This document shows, piece by piece, positions 21,878 to 31,569 of a DNA stretch of 37,594 nt; the first letter of the stretch is position 1; every line of letters begins with the position of its first letter. This stretch comes from Rhizaria sp. SCN 62-66. Lineage: Eukaryota. The notes under the pieces are model-generated. The model was not told the origin of the DNA. It was given only the letters and a program-made list of their open reading frames with translations, and did not search any database. The translations under genes and the position numbers were made by a program. The stretch spans positions 1 through 37,594 of the forward strand of contig MEDY01000305.1 in assembly GCA_001724265.1 (NCBI GenBank), read 5' to 3'.

Positions 21878-22587
21878 GATGTGGACGCGTGGACCGTCCG
21901 TCGAATGCAGTTGTGATTGCGAGTTTGAGTGGTACGCTCGTCGTCGCGTGTAATGTGCAAGGACTAGCAGTGTGCAATAGCTCAGTGTTTGGGAAGCAGT
22001 CTCGTAAGCACGAGACAGAAAACATGAATGCACGGCTGCTAAGCACGACAACGAACGACAAGAGGCCAGCAAACGCAAGCGGGGGGCGGCCCACTTCGAC
22101 AAAGCGTCGTAACGCCGTCGGCAGTGGCCGGGATCCGAGCCGTGACTGCGTGGTTGTGTCTGACAGTAAATGGTACGCACGTATAAAAACTTCAAAAGCT
22201 TGAACCAGTGGATAGCCAGTCACCATAGAGCACCGCAGTCACTCAGGGTCACGATCGATTCGCGTGTCTGCATCAGTCAAACAGATACGAGAAGCGTTGC
22301 GATATAATCGTTATTATTTGACTATTACCGTTATAATAATCACGTGTACAGATATACAATAAAGAAATACAGCAAAAACAATTATAAAATATCAGTTGGG
22401 CAAGCCAACACACATAATCAAGACCGAGGTACAGCGACGTGATTGAGGGATCAGATGCGCTTCTGTTGCTATGCCAACAAAATTAAAAACTAAGACTGCG
22501 AATAACGTTAATATTTAAGATACATGTAATATGTTGCTATTCAATGTAAGGTTAAGTGCCAGTGAAGGTACTTGGACCTCCAGGTAC

Positions 22588-25172
22588 TTAGACCTTAGAC
22601 CCGCTGCTGCCCTTAGCATCAGCAACATCATCAGCAGCAGGAGTCTCGCTGGCACCGTCGGTCTGCGTCTCGGTGTCGGCTGACGGCACTGGCACTGCCG
22701 CTGCGGCTGCCGCTCCAGCTTCCACAGCCACGGCCACGGTCACGGGCACGGGCACGGGCACGGGCACGGGCACAACAACGGCAGCTTTGTTCACGCCATC
22801 GGCGTCATCAGCAGCCTTCGCCTCGACAGCAATCGCATTCGTAGGCTCCGTGGTCCCGGCCGTCTTGCCGTCGACCGCAGCCGCAGTCGCAGCGACCGAG
22901 CCGGCGGCAGCAGCGCCAGAGTCAGCAGCATCAACAGCGGCAGACGCAGCCACGGCGGCGGCGCCGGCAACCACGGCCTCGGCCTCGGCCGCCGCGGCCG
23001 CCGCCACCTCAGCGTCGGCGTGCGCGGCGTCCGCGTCGGCCGCCGCGGCCTCGGCGTCCGCGTCGGCGGCGTCGGCGTGCGCGGCGGCGGCCACGGCAGC
23101 GGCCTCAGCGGCGTCGGCCGCGGCCACCGCAGGGGCGCTGCGTGAGTCAGCCTCGACCTCAGCCTCAGCCTCAGCGTCAGCGTCCTCAGCATCGTCGGTC
23201 TCAGCAGTCTCAGCAGCAGCGTCGGCGGCGACGGCGGCGTCTTCTTCGCTCTGGGCGACGATGGGGGGCGCGACGACGGTGACGGACACGATGCCGCGGT
23301 CCGTCAGTCTGACGCGCGGCGCGTCGGGGAACACCCGCGGCATGCGCGCGTCCGTGCTGTACACCGGGTCCTTGGGGCCCAGGATGAAGGTGTAGTTAGT
23401 GCCCTGCGGCGCAAAGGCCAGCGACAGCGCCGAGAGCCTCGAGTTGCTCTTGACCACGTAGTTCGCGCGCGCCAGCAGCAGCATGTCCACCATCGCGCTC
23501 TCAGCGCGCTCACGAGCCGTCGGCGTCGTCCGCAAGCGGGGCGCGGCAACCGCAGACGCAGACGCACCAGAGGACGCAGAGTCACCGTTGCTATTGCTGT
23601 TGGCAAAGGCGTCGGCATTGGAGTTGTTGGCGTTGGCGTTGGCGCCGCGGGTGCTGTTGGGCAGCGTGTTGCGGTAGATGTTCACGTGCGAGTCGTCCCC
23701 CTTGCCCTTGCCCTTGCCGGCCGCGGAGCCCGAGTCGCCGTCCGCGGCGCGCAGCAGCACGCGCGGGACGTCGCGCACGGCCAGCCGGTCGCCCCACACG
23801 AAGCGCGCCCACTCGACGACGTCGGCAGCGTCAGTCACCAGCAGTACGCGCCAGCGCGCAGGCTGGTGCAGCGCCACGACCGCCGCCACGGCCGCCTCGA
23901 ACGTGCCCAGCGGCGCCGGCACAAACGGGTACGCGTCCGCGGCGCCCAGCGCGGCGTAGTGCAGCCCGATGACGAACTCGCCCGCGCCCGCGCGCGCCAG
24001 GCCCAGCTCGCCGCGCCACACGCGCGTCACGCGCGCAGTTAGCGTGGGCAGCGGCTTAACGTAGTCGCGGACGAGCGCGCGCACGCGGGGCAGCGCGAGC
24101 GCGGCGTTGACGGGGAAGGGGAAGGCCGCAAAGGCGGGATCCGTGGCCGTGACGTGCGGCCCCTTGGTGACGACCTGTGCGAAAGAGCCGAAGCGGCCGA
24201 AGCGCGACAGCCACGACCGGTAGCGCACGGTCGGGATGGCGCCGTCGCCGTCGTCGTCCAGCGACTGAATCGGCGGCGAGCGCTTCAGTGGCATCGTCGG
24301 GTGGAAAAAGAACGCGAACCAGTTGCCGTCGCTAGTCCCATCGTTGGCGGCGGCGGCCGCGCCGCTCGAGCCACTTAAACCGCCACTTCCGCTGCCGCCG
24401 CTGCCGCCGGTGACGGCGCCCAAGACGTCGGAGCCCAGCGCCAAGAGGTCGCTGTTGTCGTCGGCAACGAGGGGCGGGGCGGCCGCGGCGGCGTCGCCGT
24501 CGCTGTCAACGTAGGCGGGCGTGTTGAAGTCGACGGTAAGTGCGACGGCACCGTGCGTGAGGCCGTAGTGGATCGCGCCCAGCACGGCCGTGAGCTCGGA
24601 GAACATGCTCGGCGCGCGCGTGAAGAGCGTGTCGGGCATGGCGTAGATGACCATGGTCTTGTCGGCGACGTCGGCGTCCCAGGCGCCAGCGACGATGAGG
24701 CGCACGATGTAGATGACGAAGCAGGAGAGCACGGCGACGAGGATCGACACGAGCACGAAGCAGGGCATCATCAGGTGCGAGAAACGCGCGCAGTCAATCG
24801 AGCAAGGACACGCAGAGCATGACCCGACACGCAGCTTGGCGAAAGGGCTCGCCAGTGTTGATGAAAAGCTGCGGTACGGGGGCGCGGGGGCTGCTATGGG
24901 TTGCTCGGTGTCGAATAGTGGACGCGCCGGGTCCAGCGTGGAGCCAGAGCGCGAGCGCGCGCACACAAAGTTGTTATTGAAGGCATCACTATTGTGATTA
25001 ATAACAAAATATAATAATGTAAGTTATTCATGAGTGGTGTTGCCAAAGATGTTGATGGGGAGGCATGAGGACGAGTTATTGGGGTTGCACAGAGGGTGAA
25101 AACGTACGGGTCGGAATTGTCCACTTCTTCGCCTTGTCCAGCTGGCCGCAAGAGCCGTGTGCCGGTCAACAT
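22588..25172 (-). CDS. NodZ/GT23-like fucosyltransferase paralogue A (degenerate donor-binding motif), type II membrane protein, 2 exons, about 821 aa
   Basis: Exon 25172-25108 (MLTGTRLLRPAGQGEEVDNSDP), intron 25107-24989 (GTACGT..AATAG), exon 24988-22588. TM segment FVLVSILVAVLSCFVIYIV. Colinear with paralogue B (KTMVIYAM.DTLFTRA, VDMLLLARANY, NYTFILGP.DPVYS). The motif reads IGLHYAALG. Confidence 0.8.
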
Positions 25173-26408
25173 TGAAAAAAGATTGACAGCTCTCCAACTT
25201 CTTACTGGAAAACACAAATTTATACCAGCTACGGTCGGAATTGTCGGGAAACACGGAGCTCAAGAAGGCCCCTTCGGGCTCAAATCACGAGGCCCCTGGG
25301 AGAGCCCTCCCTGCCCACTGTCACTCTCGCAGGCCAAAGGAGACACGCTTCAACAGCTTTTTCAATGCGACTTCTGCGAAAGCAGTACACATTCGAAACT
25401 AGATCGTATACATCGCAGAATCTATGTATTACAGACTGTATATGTCGTTATAACTCCAACCATCCTTCCTCATCGCACGTATATCCGCGACGTAAGAGGC
25501 CGGCCTCTATCTGAGTGACAGCTTCAGAAACACCACAGCGCGGCCGCGAACGCATCAGATGCGCTATTGCGGCCGCGCACCCGCTGCCCCAGCGTGGCGT
25601 GTGTCTTTGTGTGTCGCTGAACGGGCTACTGGATGTCAGGGTCGTGGTGCTACTTCGGACTTCGGAGGAAGTAGGTGCAACTAAGCGACTCACAATTGCA
25701 AGGGGGGTGACGTGGCACAGCATCGCGACGACACGAAGAAAGGAACACGGTATATATACTTATATACACTGACAATAGTCGGGACACAGAGATATAAAAT
25801 GAGAAAGACAACACTCAAACACAGCAGCGCACACAGCATTGTAGCCAATACAACGAACGAGACACTAGAGCACACAAACGTTTGACAAAACGAAGAAAAC
25901 AAAATCGGATAATAATGATCGATTCATGACCATAGCTAAAAAAAAAGATCGGAATACAAATATGAAACACACATATGAGATCAAAGAGCACAGCTGGAAT
26001 GACAATTACCAGCAGCATGTTAACGCAGACTGAGAAAACTACATTGGTTTGGGGGGATTAATAATAATAAAAGCAAACCTGAACTAAAAAAAATGTAGAA
26101 ACAGACACATCAATGACATCGAATGAATATACATGGGCAAAAACAAAATTGTGTCGTCATTTCATAGAACAACAAAGATGTAGCAAGCAACGCCATCCCA
26201 AGGGTCCCAGTACAGGTGGGAGCGAGATCCTGCCGCGGCGTTACAGAAACGGCGGAGCGGATCTGGTCTGCGCAATGGGAGGCAGCGGGACCGACCGTGG
26301 GGCGGAGGGGCGACAGGGCAGTAGGAGTGGTCGCGTTCCGCGCGAGCGACTTACAACTAACTTCTCACTCGGTCCACACGTTGTGTGATGTGTGATCCGG
26401 TATACGTC

Positions 26409-28147
26409 TTACGCAACGGAGAAGAGGAACCAGAAGGTGCGGTAGAACCAGTTGCTCTCCACCTTCCTGAGCGCGTCAATCTGCTCCTCCTTGGCGTCGT
26501 TATCCGCCGCCGCGCCGCCGCCGCCGCCGTGCGCCTGCATGAAAGCAGGGTCCTCGTGCTCCATGTGCCGCGGCACGCGCACGTCGGAGCTGTATACTGG
26601 GTCGTCGGGACCCAGGATGAAGGTATAGTTGGTCCCCGCGGGCGCGAACGCGAGAGCCGTGTCGCTGAGAGAGGAGCGGTTCTTGATGAGGTAGTTGGTG
26701 CGCGCGAGCAGCATCATGTCGACGACGGCGCCCTCGGCGCGCTCGTAGGCGGGGACCGAGCGCGTCTTGTGGAGTGGGATGGGCGTCCCGTCGACGTCGT
26801 ACTTGATGTCCTTGAGCGAGATGCGTGCGATGTCGCGCACGGCGAGCCGCTCGCCCCAGATCTCGCGCGCCCAGTCGACGAAGTCGGCCGTGTCGGTAGC
26901 CAGGTACACGCGCCACTGCGCCGGCTTGTACAGCGCCAGCACATGCGCCACCGTCGCCTGAAACAGCCCGGGCGGCGCGGGCACGAAGGGGTACGCGTCG
27001 ATCTTGTCGAGGCCGCGGTAGTGGAGCCCGATGACGAACTCGCCCGGCTTGAGCCCCAGCTCATCGCGCCAGACCGCGTCCACCTGGGCGGTGAGTGACG
27101 GCAGCGGCTTGACGTACGTCTGCACCAACGAACGCATGCGGTCCAGCGAGACGGCGCCGTTCACCGGGAACGGGTAGTTGACGAAGTCAGGATCCACAGG
27201 CGCAGCGGTGGCTGCACCGGCGTCAGAGGCAGTGCCGGGGCCGGCGCCCTTGGTCATGACCTGCGCAAAAGAGCCCAGACGGCCGAAACGCGCGAGCCAG
27301 GCGTCGTAGCGCACCTCGGGCACCGAGTCGATCCGCGCGGTGGGCGGCAAGTTGAGCCGCATGGTGGGCTCGAAGAAGTACGCGAACCAGTTGGGCCCGC
27401 GCTGCTCGTCGACGTAGAAGGCGGTGCGGAAGTCAACGGTGAGCGCGGCGGCGCCGTGTGCGACGCCGTAGTGCAGCGCACCAACGGCGGCGGTGAACTC
27501 GGCGAACATGCCCTGCGCGCGCGTGAAGAGCGTGTCGGACATGGCGTAGATAACCATCGTCTTGCCGCGCACGTCGGGGTCCCACGCGCCAGACGTGATC
27601 TGCTGCGTCACGAACAGCGTCAGCAGCATCAGCACCAGCACCGCGATGAGCGCTCTGGCCGCGGGCCGCGCGTAGCGCGTCGCCAAGACCAGCGCGCGCG
27701 CGCGGTAGGCGGCCAGCGACGAGTGCTTGAGGTTGTCCGCCAGGGACAGCACCGGCGCGAGCGGCGGCGAGGCGGGCGCGAACGGCGCGGGCGAGCCCGG
27801 GCTCGGGCGCGTGTGCGCGGCGGTGCAGCGCGCGTGCGAGTGCGCGTGCGCGTGCGCGTGCGAGACCGTGTGTGAGTTCACGAGCAGCTGGATGTTGTCG
27901 CTGCGGGTGTATAACAAAGGGCGAGAGGGGGAACCAGAGATATTCACGAGAAGATAAGCATTGAAAGAAATGTAGGTTCTTGCTGGCATACACGAATGCG
28001 TAAAGTTTATGTGCCGAACGGTTATGTCGTATTCTGGGTTGGTTGTCGAGCGCTATTTGAATCGTTGCGTGGCACGTACCGGTCTGCGTTGTCCACGTCA
28101 CTGGAGACGCGGGAGCGCACCTGAGGGTACGCCGAGCTCTGCAACAT
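26409..28147 (-). CDS. NodZ/GT23-like fucosyltransferase paralogue B (intact motifs), type II membrane protein, 2 exons, about 519 aa
   Basis: Exon 28147-28080 (MLQSSAYPQVRSRVSSDVDNADR), intron 28079-27901 (GTACGT..CGCAG), exon 27900-26409. GT-B fucosyltransferase motifs GMFAEF, IGLHYRGLDK, VYLATD and AVVDMMLLARTNYLIKNRSSLS. TM segment LIAVLVLMLLTLFV. Confidence 0.85.
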
Positions 28148-29074
28148 GCGCGCGCCTCACTGGTGCGTGTCGGATGCCAAGGGTGTTGCGGTGCTAGCTG
28201 CAATGTCGGAGCAACGATGGCAACTGATGCTTGCGCGCGACCAACTGTACCCAGAAAAGGAGGTCGCTGAGATGGAGTTGGAGCTGGAAAGGCTCAGAAA
28301 AGAACCTTTAAGATAAAAAAAAAACGCGAGAAATAAAGAGATCATGGTGAGCACAGTCTGAAACCTGGGATGGATTTTGATATAAAGTTGAGCAATGTGG
28401 ATCTTGGGGACTGACGAACGACGTCGGTCTTCCTTTAAGCGCGCAACACAAAACATCGTCAACCCATGGCAAAATATCGTCTCTATAAGTGATATAATCA
28501 AAGTTAAAAGAAAAAATCAAGCAATTAAATGCAAGTGAACCTGTCTTGGCACTATCGGCGGTCATGGAACCGAGAATTACCCTGTGAAAGGCACTGGTCG
28601 AAGTAGCGCACGTCGTCTGAGGCTTCCCTCGACCTTGCGACCAGCACCACAAACACACTTTTCGAGAGTATGCCCACATAGTTGCAAGAAAATAAGCAAT
28701 ACATACCGAACAGTCTCAATATGACGTACGTTTTTGTCGGTTAATATGACGTGCTATAATTGCATCTTAAGGGTTATATTGTGTATTCTAGCTGCCCTCC
28801 TGGACCTCGTCCGTGCAGCAGCACTGCAGCGGCTGGCTCCAGTCCAGGCCCTGGCCCCGCGTCGCGGACCTAGTTAGCATGGCTTCCCCCGCGCCTATAT
28901 AGCAGCGTGGGAAAGCGTTCGTGGTTAAAATCATCATCATCGCAGCTCAGAACTCCGACGAGCGAACAATACAGCGCAAAAATCTCTCTTTGTTCGACGT
29001 TCTCGAAAGCGTTCAACTGCGCTGACGCTCGTCTCTGCGGTGAGCGCGCGCATCGCGCACCGGCGGCGCGGCGC

Positions 29075-29506
29075 TCAGTACTCGATCTGGAGCTCGCCGA
29101 CGGCCTGGGAAACCTTGTCGTAAGCCTCCATCCAGTCGGCGCCCTTCTTGGGGAGCACGAGCACGCACGAGGTGGGGCGCTTAGTGGAGCTGGCGGCGCC
29201 AAGCTCCTCCTTGGCGGGGACGTAGATGTACGGGATGTTGTTGTCCTCGCACAGTACGGGCAGGTGCGAGATGACGTCGATGGGCGTCACGTTGCCGGCG
29301 ATGACCATGACGCCCTTCTCCTTGCGGCGCAGCGCCTTGAGCACCTCCTTGACGCCGCGGCGCACCGACTTGGCCTTGGCCGCCTTGCGCACCAGCTTCA
29401 GCGTGCGGCCAGTCAGCTTCTCGTTCGCCAGCGGCTGTGCGATCGGCGAGAGCGCTGCGTAGACGACCTCGGTCTCGGTGGTGGACTGCTGCTCGGTGTC
29501 AGACAT
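29075..29506 (-). CDS. NHP2: H/ACA ribonucleoprotein subunit 2 (L7Ae family), 143 aa
   Basis: SPIAQPLA..KL..RRGVKEVLKALRRKEKG..IAGNVTPIDVISHLPVLCEDNNIPYIYVPAKEELGAASSTKRPTSCVLV. The ATG at 29506 directly follows TTGCAG; the upstream part of the track ORF looks non-coding. Confidence 0.95.
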   Translation of the reverse strand: MSDTEQQSTTETEVVYAALSPIAQPLANEKLTGRTLKLVRKAAKAKSVRRGVKEVLKALRRKEKGVMVIAGNVTPIDVISHLPVLCEDNNIPYIYVPAKEELGAASSTKRPTSCVLVLPKKGADWMEAYDKVSQAVGELQIEY

Positions 29507-29978
29507 CTGCAAGCAAGGCGGGGCGTGGGACAGAGTGCAACAGTGCAAAGTGAGCGGGGAGGGAGAGAGTGGAATAGCACGGCGTGAGGGTCTGATTACA
29601 TGTAAAAATAGAATTAGAGAGCTTACAATGTGGAAGTGTCGGGATTGGCTGTTAAAATGCATTCTGACGGATTTTAGGACGTCTTCTAGGCCTGTTTTGC
29701 CGCTCGGACCGCAGTCAGTCCGGCCCACCAAAGTTAAGCCGTCGGATGTCGGACCCATCGATGCCAGTGATTCAATCCGACCACAAGCGCGCAAAATGTG
29801 TATCAACACATGCTTCTCGCTGAAACTGCGACATATATAAGCAAGTCTTAAATATAGCATGTATTGTTGAATAAAAAATCCACGAATGGCCTTCATAGCC
29901 GTCACACTAGATAAAATAGCGAGATATATCCTCGCAAAGAACATACACCGAGAGTAACTAACGGGGCCAGTGGCTCGC

Positions 29979-31151
29979 TCAAGCAGCCTTCTTGCCGCCT
30001 GCCGCGGCAGCCGCAGGCGGCTTTAGGCCGAGGATGCGGAACTGCGCGTCCCTGATTGCGCTCCAGTCGTGCTGGAGAATCTCGACCTCGTTCTTCTCGG
30101 CCTTGTAAGTGGCCGTGTGGTCCGGCGCGCCGCCCAGCGCGCCCGCGGCCGCCGCGCCGCCGCCGGCCATCTGCTGCACGAACTGGTCCTCACCGCCCGT
30201 GTTAGCATCGGTGCCCAGCAGCAGCGCGTAGACGCCGCGCAGCCCGAACATGTTGAGGAAGTACCACGACAGCGAGGACACGTAGCTGGCGTCGAGGTTG
30301 CGGATCGCGATACCGCGCTGCAGCATGCCCTTGAAGCGGTCCGAGAGCGGGAACGGCAGCTTCACCAGCACGAACCCGGCGAAGAAGTACGACACCCAGC
30401 CCATGAGCAGCATGTTGGGCACAATCATAAGCAGGTTCTGCTTCATGCCGTCCATCATCGCCATCGGGTCCATGGGCCCCGCGCCGCCGCCGTCCGCGCC
30501 GTCGTCGCCGTCGCCGCCGGCCGCCTGCGCGCCGGGCGCCGTAAGCAGCGCCAACGCAACGGGGTCGTCGGCGTCCTCGGCGGCCTCGGCCTCGGCTGCC
30601 GCGGCCGCGACATCGAGCGCCGTGTGCGCGAGGTACGCGCGCCGCGCGAGGAAGCCCGAAGGCGGCAGCAGCGCGTGGTTCGCGCGCAGGCGGTGCGAGC
30701 GCCGCAGCAGCTGCGTGTGCTTCAGCTGCGGCAGCTGCACCACCGGGTCAGACTGCAGTGCCAGCGTCGCGTAGTGGCGGAACACGCCCTGTAAAACCCT
30801 GTGAGGGGGATCCATCAAGCGAGCGAGCGAGCAAAGACGAAGTCGGGTGATGATAATTGAAGTCAAGGGAGAGAGCAAAATGAAGCGAAACAGAATGGAA
30901 TTAGATTTTATCGTGTAAAAAGCAGTGTTTCATAAGACAATGTAAATTTACGCCGAGGTAGCTTTGTTTTTGAGCTGTCGATGCGAGAAAAGTTGTGTGC
31001 TGAACTTCGGGGTCGACTTTGTGTGTGGTATGTTGTGCTGTCTAGTCCGAAGTGCAGAGGAAGTGTGGGAGAGTATGACGTACATGACGACAAAGATTGG
31101 AAGCAGAACCCAGTCGCGGATGCGCGGGTCAAGCTTGATGAGATTATCCAT
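29979..31151 (-). CDS. EMC3: ER membrane protein complex subunit 3, 2 exons, 295 aa
   Basis: Exons 31151-31084 and 30798-29979; intron 31083-30799 (GTACGT..CACAG). The joined protein reads LDPRIRDWVLLPIFVVMVLQGVFRHY and contains MGWVSYFFAGFVLVKLPFPL..FKGMLQRGI..LDASYVSSLSWYFLNMFGLRG. Confidence 0.96.
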
Positions 31152-31569
31152 CTCCCTAACGTGGCCAGAGAATAGGGCGGAGAACGAGAGTGAATACAGG
31201 ATAAAGAAGTCAGAAAACGATTATATGTGAGGAAGGCCAAATCGACAATGTGCACAAATCAAGAATAGGTGTAATATCACAACAGCATATCAAATTCATT
31301 TTGCAAAGATATAGATCTATTAACGGATTCTGTGGCGTGATCGATAACTTTTCCAAACTTGCTCGTCATCGCACTCTCGCCACCCCCAACCAGCGACCAC
31401 AGCAGCACAGCAAGTCACGCGTGTCAAGTGCACACAACCATCAGTGTCGAGTACTGGATATTTGTATTTTTAGCTATAACTAGGATATATCATAAAGACT
31501 AAATATATCAATTTAAATAACCTGCGTGATCACTTGAAGGCAGCTGTACCTGTGAGATATCCGCCGCTT

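Noticed and set aside
21864-22226. 120-aa minus ORF and overlapping 104-aa and 154-aa ORFs in the gap
   Set aside because: They lack the genome's GC3-rich codon style and any recognisable motif; at most uORFs of the micro-ORF transcript.
27901-29944. Track start codons at 27989 (paralogue B) and 29944 (NHP2)
   Set aside because: These extensions run through intron or upstream non-coding sequence; spliced or downstream starts at 28147 and 29506 fit better.
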